Assembly: GCA_045534265.1 (NCBI GenBank)
Contig: JAZSJH010000002.1
Span: forward strand, 24,473-88,472
Reading direction: 5' to 3'
Length of the DNA: 64,000 bases
Source: Clostridia bacterium
GTDB taxonomy: Bacteria; Bacillota; Clostridia; Christensenellales; UBA1242
The notes beneath the pieces were generated by a model that saw nothing but the letters and a program-made list of their open reading frames with translations, searched no databases and was not told the DNA's origin. A program made the translations under genes and the position numbers. Positions 49,219 through 57,546 of the stretch are shown here, one piece after another. Every line of letters begins with the position of its first letter. Positions within the stretch are counted from its first letter, which is position 1.

Positions 49219-49319
49219 AACTATATCATAACAAATTCTACAAAATTAAAAAACTAAAAATCCTGTAAAATTTATTATAATTCAAAATAGAAGGAGTTTC
49301 CCTACGAATCCGGACTCTT

Positions 49320-49352
49320 AAAAAACGAGCTCAAACACATAGTTTGAACTCG
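49320..49352 (-). terminator. Intrinsic terminator (minus strand)
   Basis: A6-CGAGCTCAAAC-acata-GTTTGAACTCG on the plus strand. Confidence 0.6.
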
Positions 49353-49361
49353 CAAGGTTCA

Positions 49362-49442
49362 TGGCGTTTCGTTTGAGACTTGACCCCGCACCTCTATAAC
49401 CTGCATAAATAGGCACTTTTGTTCAGCTGAGTCCCAAACGGC
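49362..49442 (-). pseudogene. Degenerate tRNA-like or otherwise structured element
   Basis: Minus strand reads GCCGTTTGGGACTCAGCTG...AGGTGCGGGGTCAAGTCTC...CGCCA, with D-arm-like and T-loop-like motifs and a CCA end. The cloverleaf is not intact. Confidence 0.35.
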
Positions 49443-49731
49443 GAGATGGAGGCCTCTGCTGACTTCAATGTATGGCAATACTGCGACAGAGGTGGGTTCC
49501 AACAGGGTATCGATAAAGGAGAGTTAGGGACTCGAACCGAACCGCATATTTATGTATTATTTGTATTTTTTAATTTTAGAGGAGTATAACTTATTTGAAC
49601 TAAATTGTGGTTTGCATAAGAATTAAATAGAAAAATATATTCCAAAAATACATATATTTATCAAACAATAAAGTTAATGGTTTAATTAACAAATTGCCTA
49701 ATAACAAAAAACATCTTTAGATGCTTTTTGA

Positions 49732-50538
49732 TTATATAGATTGTAAAATATTATAATTATTTGTTTCTTGATATTTCTTTATGTTTTGAAACAAATTGGT
49801 TTGCGAAAATATTGTTTGGTTAAAACATCCATGCAAACATTTTACAATTTGATCAATACTACACTCATTGCAGATTTTACTAAACAACATTATGAAGTCG
49901 TGACCATTTGTTATATATAACAATTCATTTTCAACAGTTAATACGGGTAACTTATGAAGAAGATTTAATCTGCTTTTATCTAAGATATTACTTGGGTTAT
50001 GTTTATTTATTTCATCAACAATGCCTGTATTCATAATATCTATATCTTTATTGTATAATCTATTTACTTTTATTCCGTCAAACTTAATATTCCAATTATT
50101 TTGTTCATTCAACATTCGTAATTTACTTATGAATTCTAATTGCTTTAATGTTGTTAATTTCAGATTTTGAGGAAGATCTTTGCCATTATAAAAATCGCAA
50201 TATAGTCTTTCAAAACAATCCTTAAACGATATAATCATCATTTCAGCACAACAAAAATCACAATAAAATATCCTTTTTAGTTTAGGCTTTTTAGAGTAAT
50301 CTTTATCTCTAATACCAATTATTCTGTTATTTTTAATAACTGAAACAATATTATCAACACTTGTTTTACTGCCAGAGTTAATTAAATGAACTTTCTCAGA
50401 AAATAAGGGTCTAAATAATTTTACATCATCAAGTCCTTCAACAAGCAAAAATAATTCATCTTTATTTGCTGTCATTAATAATTTAATTTCAGATATTATA
50501 TCAGATGGGGTTAAGTTATCTAAAATGGAGTTAACCAT
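49732..50538 (-). CDS. DUF4435/TOPRIM nuclease, PARIS AriB-like
   Basis: LLVEGLDD (TOPRIM Glu), GIRDKDY (DxD) and NGHD. Overlaps the upstream ATPase by 8 bp. Confidence 0.78.
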   Translation of the reverse strand: MVNSILDNLTPSDIISEIKLLMTANKDELFLLVEGLDDVKLFRPLFSEKVHLINSGSKTSVDNIVSVIKNNRIIGIRDKDYSKKPKLKRIFYCDFCCAEMMIISFKDCFERLYCDFYNGKDLPQNLKLTTLKQLEFISKLRMLNEQNNWNIKFDGIKVNRLYNKDIDIMNTGIVDEINKHNPSNILDKSRLNLLHKLPVLTVENELLYITNGHDFIMLFSKICNECSIDQIVKCLHGCFNQTIFSQTNLFQNIKKYQETNNYNILQSI

Positions 50539-51868
50539 TATATTGACCGCCTAAATCAATTTGTAAATCCCAATTATCTGATATAATTTGTGGCGAATGT
50601 GTTGCTATTATAATATTTAGTTTGTTATTTAATTTAACTATTTCCTTTAAGTCTTTTAAAATATTTTTTTGCCAAGCAATGTGAAGAGAAATCTCTGGTT
50701 CATCAATCATCAACAAATCAACATCTGACTCAAATATCAATTTATAGTATAGTACCAATATTTCTTGTTCTCCAGAAGATAATTTTGATAATTCCAAATC
50801 TTTATTATCATCAGAAACAACCTGAATACCATTGCTTCTTGAAATTTTTAATTTCTTAAACGTTAATTTGTTATTTATTATTTGTTCATATAAAGTTATT
50901 TTTTGAATTAAAGGTTCGAAAATATCATATTTCTTTTGATTATCATCAAAGAATATATATAAATCTTTTTCAAATTCATTTACATATTTTAGATTTGATG
51001 TGTTTCTAATAATACTTGCCAATTCATATTTATTTAAAAGAGCCTGCCTCTCTTTTAAACTTGTCAAATTTTTGTCAAAATCTTCACTAGACATTTTGCC
51101 ATTAGTTTCAAAAAGTCGTTTGATATACGTACTATCTAATTCGTTTGACAGTATAGAGTGTTTTGACATTACTCTTTCCATTTCTTGTTTTAAGCTGTTT
51201 GAACTTAATTTTAAAACTTTTATAAACTCTTTTTTAGATTCATCGTAACTTCGTCTATCTTCGGATATTTGTCTTTCTTCGAGAAGTCTCTGCTCTTTTA
51301 TGAAATTAACTTTTCCAATTTGTTTTTTTGCTTTTTTGATATCATTTAAAGCCTTCTCAAACGCTTCTAAAAGTTTTTTGTTTTTTTCATAGTATTTAAG
51401 ATTAATTAATATGTCAAATAAAAAAGGATCTGATATTTCTTCATCCCCATGTATTATATTATAACGTTTTAAGAAATCTTCGTCCACCAAGATTCTTTCA
51501 TTATTTCTTACATCGATTAACTCATGAGAACTTATAGGTCTTATATAAGGAGGAAGACCGTAGTGACGTCTTCGTTGCACCCTTAACGATTCTTCAACAT
51601 ATTTCAACTCAACATCATTAATTTTGAAAGTGTTTTGCAATTTTTTAATAATCAAATTGGAATTGTCAGAAAAACATAGTTTTAAACTATAAAAATTATA
51701 GTTTAAAAGTTTACTAAAATTGTTATTGCTGAATTCATTAATCATATTTAATATTGTTGACTTGCCATATCCATTTGGACCAGTAATAATTGTTATTCCA
51801 GAATTATTTAATGTTATGTCATAATTAAATCTTCCAAACAATTTTTTGATTTCTAACCTTTTTAACAT
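50531..51868 (-). CDS. AAA_15/AAA_21 ABC-type ATPase, PARIS AriA-like
   Basis: GPNGYGKST, LSSGEQE, MIDEPEISLH and ATHSP, with a long helical insert. Confidence 0.82.
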   Translation of the reverse strand: MLKRLEIKKLFGRFNYDITLNNSGITIITGPNGYGKSTILNMINEFSNNNFSKLLNYNFYSLKLCFSDNSNLIIKKLQNTFKINDVELKYVEESLRVQRRRHYGLPPYIRPISSHELIDVRNNERILVDEDFLKRYNIIHGDEEISDPFLFDILINLKYYEKNKKLLEAFEKALNDIKKAKKQIGKVNFIKEQRLLEERQISEDRRSYDESKKEFIKVLKLSSNSLKQEMERVMSKHSILSNELDSTYIKRLFETNGKMSSEDFDKNLTSLKERQALLNKYELASIIRNTSNLKYVNEFEKDLYIFFDDNQKKYDIFEPLIQKITLYEQIINNKLTFKKLKISRSNGIQVVSDDNKDLELSKLSSGEQEILVLYYKLIFESDVDLLMIDEPEISLHIAWQKNILKDLKEIVKLNNKLNIIIATHSPQIISDNWDLQIDLGGQYNG

Positions 51869-52124
51869 AATTCACCTCTTTTAGTCTATATTAATTATAG
51901 CATATAAATGTAAAAAATATATAAAATTTTAAAAAATATCAAGTATATCAAAAAAATCATTAATTTATGAGTGCTTGTTAAAATAATGCTTACATTTAGC
52001 AAACAAAAATCCACCCATACCATATTGGTACGAATGGACAAGATTGTGGCGGGACGAAGATCCCCAATTGCGTCATAAGTAGATATAATCAGAGTATTAT
52101 ATTAATAAAACCACTTGATTTAAC

Positions 52125-53447
52125 TTACTCTATATATTGAGAATTGATTCTAACAGGTAATCTGTTACGAGCTACACAAATTCCATTTTTGACAATGTAA
52201 CATTCAACATAGTGATCTCCATTAAAACTTGTTCGTTCGATTCTAGTTGAACTTCCTTTTATAATTTCCCCTCTAAGCATATTCTTTTTATAAGCTTCTA
52301 TCCCTGTGTTTTTTATTTTCCAATAAATATTATAAGGTTCTGGAACATTGCATTCTTGAATAAAAAATTCAAGTTTTCTTTTTATAGGGAGCCATAAACA
52401 TAAACTTAATAATTTTGGTCTGAAGCCATCTGCTGTTACAGTGCAATCGATTTTCAAATTATATTTTACATTTACAGGGAAAAGATTTTCTATAAACTGT
52501 TCATTATTAACAAAATTATATTGTCGCTGTGCATCTTGTAATACCAAATTCCTATATCCATTTGTTAAACTTGTAGCAAAATAGTTGCCAAACATGGCTT
52601 GATAAACAGTCTCGATTTTTAATTCATCATTATTAGCTTCTGCGAAAGATTTTAAATAACTAGCAGACTCTTTAATAAAGGCTCCCTTGCCTTTATCTGT
52701 AATTTCTTGAAAACTTCCAAGTGCATAAATTTTTGAATCAGTATCTTTTTTAGATAAAAATTCAAGAAAGGCGACTATTATTTCGTGAAAATCTGCAAAG
52801 CCATATGAATAAAATTGAGGATTGCTTTTAAAAAATGAATGAACTAATGTATCTATAAGCAAGCCACCAAAAACAAAGCCTGTATTATCTTTCCAAAGCC
52901 TTGTAAAATTACACAAAATAACAAAATTATTATTTGTTTCAATGTTTATATTTTTAGACTCATTTTGTTCAGGTGTTGGATTTGTGTTTTTCCAAGAACC
53001 ACCATTATTAGAATCTGCATATTTAAAACTGCCATCAAATTCAGAAAACACTGGCACTAAGTCAATTGAAAATCTATCAAAAGAGATAACGACAGCTTGA
53101 CCATCTCCTTTAATTTCGGTTCTTGGATATCTTTCAATTAAATATGATTTAACATCCTGTAATAGGGCGGATTGGCCATTGTTAGCATATTGGTCAAACC
53201 TTTCAAAAATCTCTTTAGGCAAAACAAAAAGCATATCAACGTCGCTTACTTGTTTTATTGCTGTTCCTCGACCTATAGATCCTACAACATGACAATGTTC
53301 TATTTCTTTGTCAAAATCCTCAATGGTATCGGCATAATAAGACTCATTTAGTTTCTTTGTTATATTCTTTATTGCAGAATCATAATCAGCGGTATTATCA
53401 AGATGAATTGCTGTGTATAAGTTGGAAAAAGTTTTTTCTCTATTCAT
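52125..53447 (-). CDS. SMODS/cGAS-DncV-like nucleotidyltransferase (CD-NTase) with a C-terminal AGS-C domain
   Basis: GSIGRGTAI..SDVD, IDLVP and WKNTNP. C-terminal YWKIKNTG..RGEI..ERTSFNGDHYVECY. Alternative start at 53468. Confidence 0.85.
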   Translation of the reverse strand: MNREKTFSNLYTAIHLDNTADYDSAIKNITKKLNESYYADTIEDFDKEIEHCHVVGSIGRGTAIKQVSDVDMLFVLPKEIFERFDQYANNGQSALLQDVKSYLIERYPRTEIKGDGQAVVISFDRFSIDLVPVFSEFDGSFKYADSNNGGSWKNTNPTPEQNESKNINIETNNNFVILCNFTRLWKDNTGFVFGGLLIDTLVHSFFKSNPQFYSYGFADFHEIIVAFLEFLSKKDTDSKIYALGSFQEITDKGKGAFIKESASYLKSFAEANNDELKIETVYQAMFGNYFATSLTNGYRNLVLQDAQRQYNFVNNEQFIENLFPVNVKYNLKIDCTVTADGFRPKLLSLCLWLPIKRKLEFFIQECNVPEPYNIYWKIKNTGIEAYKKNMLRGEIIKGSSTRIERTSFNGDHYVECYIVKNGICVARNRLPVRINSQYIE

Positions 53448-53937
53448 CTTGGAGTAGTTCTCCTTCAATATCTTTCTTAGCTAAAGAAACTGCTTTGTTA
53501 GAGGCGGATAATGAATTTTTACACAATGCATTATATTCATTATAAAAATTATCTCTTTTTAATAAAATTTCTTCATTGGTATATCTTTTTATTTTTATAT
53601 CTGTTAGAAAAACTTTCAAGTTGTTTCTTAAACATAAAAAGTCTAATGCGGAAGCCTTATGTTGTGATGCTAAAACATCATAATTTGTTGAAAGCGTAAT
53701 AATTGAAATAGTTAATGAAATAAATGAAATAACGGCACTTATAATTTTTAGTACAATTTCATTTATAAATATAGTGCTTAAAATTCCAGAAGATGTTAAT
53801 GATAATAAAATAATTGATAATACATTGAAAACAATTTGTTTTTTATGCAAGATATCACTTTCTTTTTCTTGAATTTTATGAGTCCAAACGACATTATTAT
53901 ATAATTCTCTTATGTTGCTTAAAGTTGTTTTATCCAT
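53440..53937 (-). CDS. SLATT-family 2-TM effector (CBASS type I effector-like)
   Basis: IRELYNNVVWTHKIQEK, two hydrophobic helices, then H...A..F..LR. Overlaps the CD-NTase start. Alternative start at 53952. Confidence 0.8.
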   Translation of the reverse strand: MDKTTLSNIRELYNNVVWTHKIQEKESDILHKKQIVFNVLSIILLSLTSSGILSTIFINEIVLKIISAVISFISLTISIITLSTNYDVLASQHKASALDFLCLRNNLKVFLTDIKIKRYTNEEILLKRDNFYNEYNALCKNSLSASNKAVSLAKKDIEGELLQDE

Positions 53938-54003
53938 AGTATATTTCTCCATACAAAGGATTATATCACAAATAGCAATTTATTACAATGTTTGAAGCAA
54001 AAA

Positions 54004-54603
54004 CTATATTAAATTTAGTGTTAAGTTTAAATTCTTATAAAAAGTGCTTCGGTTCATATTGAGAGATTGCAAGGCTTCGGCTAATGTAATCTCTTTTTTC
54101 TTGTATTGGTTTGCTATTTGTGAAAAGTTCGGTGGTATTTTAAGTTTTGGGCGACCCAAATGTTTGCCTTTTTCTTTTGCTATTCGTATTCCTTCAGCTT
54201 GTCGCTTCTTAATATTTTCTCTTTCGTTTTCAGCCACAAAAGAAAGGATTTGGAGAACTATATCACTAATAAATTTTCCAACCAAATTTTTACCTTCAGT
54301 TCGTGTGTCAAGCAGAGGCATATCAATAACATAAATATCAACATTCAAGCTATTAACCAAATCTCGCCACTCATCAATAATCATGTCGTAGTTTCTTCCA
54401 AGTCTATCAATACTTTTGATAATAAGCAAATCTCCGTCTTGCAAGATGGATTTTAGTTTTTGATAATTAGTTCTATCAAAATCTTTACCACTTTGTTTAT
54501 CAATAAATATATTTGAATTAGTTAGCCCTAAATTATACATATCAGCAAGTTGCCGATCTATATTTTGTTCTTTGGTGCTAACTCTTACATAACCATATTT
54601 CAT
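54004..54603 (-). CDS. Small serine recombinase (resolvase/invertase family)
   Basis: YGYVRVST (catalytic Ser), DRLGR, ERENI..RQ.EGI..AK..G.HLGRP and a C-terminal HTH (NRSTFYK). Confidence 0.93.
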   Translation of the reverse strand: MKYGYVRVSTKEQNIDRQLADMYNLGLTNSNIFIDKQSGKDFDRTNYQKLKSILQDGDLLIIKSIDRLGRNYDMIIDEWRDLVNSLNVDIYVIDMPLLDTRTEGKNLVGKFISDIVLQILSFVAENERENIKKRQAEGIRIAKEKGKHLGRPKLKIPPNFSQIANQYKKKEITLAEALQSLNMNRSTFYKNLNLTLNLI

Positions 54604-54634
54604 AATTTTGCACCCCCTTAATAATTATACCAAG

Positions 54635-54670
54635 AAAAAAAGACTTCACTTGCTTTAAGTGGAGTCTTTT
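54635..54670 (-). terminator. Intrinsic terminator facing left (possibly bidirectional) between the recombinase gene and the left recombination-like site
   Basis: A7-GACTTCACTT-gcttt-AAGTGGAGTC-T4. On the minus strand the stem is followed by U7. Confidence 0.75.
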
Positions 54671-54674
54671 CTAG

Positions 54675-54855
54675 TCCAAAAAGGTGTACCTTTGTGGATT
54701 TTTGAAAAAATATAAAGAAATATGAAAAATAGTTTTAAAATACACACAAAAATAAAATAAATGTGTTATAATGACTTTACAAGGTATTAAAAACAAGTTA
54801 AATACACAACAACTTTATGAATAAGTTGGAATGTATAAAGGTACACCTTTTAAGA
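54675..54855. repeat. Pair of inverted hix-like sites flanking a promoter (candidate invertible switch)
   Basis: Site L is TCCAAAAAGGT-GT-ACCTTTGTGGA (54675-54698). Site R is TGTATAAAGGT-AC-ACCTTTTAAGA (54832-54855). AAAAGGTGTACCTTT (54679-54693) is the exact reverse complement of 54837-54851. Confidence 0.8.
54762..54772 (+). promoter_or_regulatory. Extended -10 promoter inside the candidate invertible segment, pointing at the methyltransferase
   Basis: TGTGTTATAAT fits TRTGnTATAAT. No good -35 was found. Confidence 0.7.
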
Positions 54856-54871
54856 CAAATTAGGAGAAAAT

Positions 54872-56044
54872 ATGGCAACACAATCTTTTGATAATGCTAA
54901 AAAAAATAAAGCTGATGAATTTTATACTCAGCTTGTAGATATAGAAAAAGAATTAAAACATTATAAAGATCATTTTAAAGATAAAATAGTTTTTTGTAAT
55001 TGCGATGACCCATACGAGAGTAACTTCTTTAAATATTTTGCTATGAACTTTAACCATTTGGGATTAAAAAAATTAATAGCAACCTGTTATGATAGTTCGC
55101 CAATTGCTTATACACAATTAAATTTATTTGGTGAAGACAAATCTGTTCCCAATAATAATCGTCATCCATACAAAATTGAAATTAATGAAGTTAAAGATTA
55201 TAATGAAGATGGAGCGACAGATTTAGCCGATGTTGAATTTCTTTTAAAAAACAAGAAGAATACATTGAAATTGCTAAAAGAAAATGGAGATTTTCGTTCT
55301 AATGAGTGCATTGAACTTCTAAAACAATCTGATATTATTGTTACAAATCCACCATTTTCATTGTTTAGAGAATATGTTGCACAGTTAGAGTATTATAATA
55401 AAAAATATTTAATTATTGGAAATGTTAATGCTATAACATACAAGGAAATCTTTAAATTGTTTAAAGAAAACAGGATTTGGTTAGGACAAAGTATTCATAG
55501 CGGAGATAGAGAATTTAGAGTTCCAGATTATTATCCTTTACAGTCTGCTGGATTCAGGGTGGACGAAAATGGTACTAAATATATAAGAGTAAAAGGCGTA
55601 AGGTGGTTTACAAATTTAGATTATAAAGAAAGACACGAAGATATTATTTTATATAAAAACTATAATGAACTAGAATTTCCTTCATATCACAACTATGATG
55701 CCATCAATGTAGATAAAACAACTGATATACCATGTGATTTTAATGGCAGTATTGGAGTTCCAATAACCTTTTTAGACAAATACAATCCACAACAATTTGA
55801 AATAATAGCTTTAGGCATCACTGGAAGTATAGATTTTACAAGTGAAAGAAAAATGGAAATATTAGATAAAAACGGTAACTCTACTGGTAAATATACAATA
55901 AATGCTAAGGGAACTTTGTATAGAAAATATAACCCTGAGCATGACACAAAGCCACCTGCATTTAAAGATGTTGAGACAGGAGAACTTTATTCAAGTATTT
56001 ATGCAAGAATTATTATAAAAAGGAGAACTCAAAGTGGAAATTAA
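54872..56044 (+). CDS. EcoRI-family adenine-specific DNA methyltransferase
   Basis: AKKNKADEFYT, VFCNCDDP, GDFRS.EC, IVTNPPFSLFREY (NPPF catalytic motif) and GVPITFLDKYNP. Confidence 0.88.
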   Translation: MATQSFDNAKKNKADEFYTQLVDIEKELKHYKDHFKDKIVFCNCDDPYESNFFKYFAMNFNHLGLKKLIATCYDSSPIAYTQLNLFGEDKSVPNNNRHPYKIEINEVKDYNEDGATDLADVEFLLKNKKNTLKLLKENGDFRSNECIELLKQSDIIVTNPPFSLFREYVAQLEYYNKKYLIIGNVNAITYKEIFKLFKENRIWLGQSIHSGDREFRVPDYYPLQSAGFRVDENGTKYIRVKGVRWFTNLDYKERHEDIILYKNYNELEFPSYHNYDAINVDKTTDIPCDFNGSIGVPITFLDKYNPQQFEIIALGITGSIDFTSERKMEILDKNGNSTGKYTINAKGTLYRKYNPEHDTKPPAFKDVETGELYSSIYARIIIKRRTQSGN

Positions 56045-57143
56045 GCTATTTGATATAAAAATTAAAGATGTTTTTAATGGGTATGTAGACAGCCAAGAAA
56101 ATGGAGTTGTTGGTTTTGGTGGCAAATTAAATATTCGTCCTGCATTTCAAAGAGAGTTTGTTTATAAAGAAAAACAAAGAGATGCTGTTATAGAAACTGT
56201 AAACAAAGGATTTCCTTTAAATGTAATGTATTGGGCAGAAACTAAAGATGGAAACTATGAACTTTTAGACGGACAACAAAGAACCATAAGTATTTGCCAA
56301 TACTTAAATGGAGACTTTTCACTAAATAGCAGAGCATTCCATAACCTTACAAGAGATGAACAAGAAAAAATTGAAAATTATGAATTGAAAGTTTATATCT
56401 GCAAAGGAACTGAAAGTGAAAAATTAGACTGGTTTAAAATTATAAATATAGCAGGTGTTCAATTAAAGGAACAGGAATTAAGAAATGCTATTTATACTGG
56501 TCCTTGGTTATCTGATGCAAAAAGATATTTTAGTAAAAATGGATGCGTTGCATATAGAATTGGTAATAAATATCTAAATGGTGAAGTTAATAGACAAGAT
56601 TATTTAGAATCTGCTATTGAGTGGCTAGCAAGTATAGATAATAAAAAGATTGAAGATTATATGTCTGAACATCAACACGATTCTCATGCAACTCCACTTT
56701 GGCAATATTTTCAAAATGTAATAAATTGGGTTGAAACAATATTCCCTCATTATAGAAAAGAAATGAAAGGTTTACAATGGGGTTTGATGTACAATAAGTA
56801 TCATGCAAGTAATTACAATCCTCAGGAACTAGAATCAAAAATAGCTGAATTAATGCAGGATGATGATATTACAAAAAGATCTGGCGTCTACGAATATTTG
56901 CTTAGCGGAAATGAAAAGTTTTTAAATATTAGAGCTTTTACTGATAATGAAAAAAGAAAAGTATATGAAAGACAAAAAGGTATTTGCCCTCATTGTGTAA
57001 AAGAAAAAAGAGCAAAAACAACCTATCTTTTAGAAGAAATGGAAGCAGACCACATTACCCCATGGTGTGAGGGTGGCAAAACAAACATTGATAATTGTCA
57101 AATGCTTTGCAAGGAACACAATAGAAGAAAATCTAGTCTTTAA
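56034..57143 (+). CDS. DUF262 (ParB/GmrS-like) + C-terminal HNH endonuclease
   Basis: IRPAFQREFVY, LLDGQQRT and FKIIN..G. C-terminal CPHC...EADHITPW..GG.T...NCQMLC..HN. GTG start with RBS, overlapping the MTase stop. Confidence 0.87.
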   Translation: MEIKLFDIKIKDVFNGYVDSQENGVVGFGGKLNIRPAFQREFVYKEKQRDAVIETVNKGFPLNVMYWAETKDGNYELLDGQQRTISICQYLNGDFSLNSRAFHNLTRDEQEKIENYELKVYICKGTESEKLDWFKIINIAGVQLKEQELRNAIYTGPWLSDAKRYFSKNGCVAYRIGNKYLNGEVNRQDYLESAIEWLASIDNKKIEDYMSEHQHDSHATPLWQYFQNVINWVETIFPHYRKEMKGLQWGLMYNKYHASNYNPQELESKIAELMQDDDITKRSGVYEYLLSGNEKFLNIRAFTDNEKRKVYERQKGICPHCVKEKRAKTTYLLEEMEADHITPWCEGGKTNIDNCQMLCKEHNRRKSSL

Positions 57144-57369
57144 TTAAAAACTTAATAACAAATTTGATAATTTGGTCAACTTCTAATGAATGGAGTTGAC
57201 CTTTTTCTTGCTCTAAATAAAAGTATTCTTTCCATTTATCTTTGGAAAATTCTTTCACAAAGTTGTCTTCCACATCTACAACTTTAATTAGTTGTAATTT
57301 ATATTCCGCAGACATCTTTTCTTCATAGTATTTTTCTTTTATCATATCGGCTAAAACTTTATTATCCAT
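57133..57369 (-). CDS. Small hypothetical protein
   Basis: 78 aa with RBS GAGGTG. Its 3' end overlaps the HNH gene stop convergently. Confidence 0.55.
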   Translation of the reverse strand: MDNKVLADMIKEKYYEEKMSAEYKLQLIKVVDVEDNFVKEFSKDKWKEYFYLEQEKGQLHSLEVDQIIKFVIKFLIKD

Positions 57370-57546
57370 AAACACCTCTCATTAAGTCGGTTTGTGTTTT
57401 AACTCTGTTTGAAAAGAAAAGCAAGTCATTTCAAAAAATAATTCAAAAATACTCATTGCCTCTCTTTTTGAGATAAAAGAAAATCTTATGGTATGCAAAA
57501 ACAAAAAATAAAAACACCACTTATTATAAGTAGTGTTTTATAGAAG

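Noticed and set aside
49340-49510. 6S RNA or a functional tRNA
   Set aside because: The TGAAC/GTTCA hairpin overlaps a terminator and I cannot build the long 6S rod. The acceptor and T stems of the tRNA-like part are broken. Retained only as a degenerate element.
54004-54603. Recombinase as the island integrase or a Tn3 resolvase
   Set aside because: At 199 aa it lacks the large-serine recombinase/zinc-ribbon domains. No Tn3 transposase or 38-bp terminal repeats were seen.
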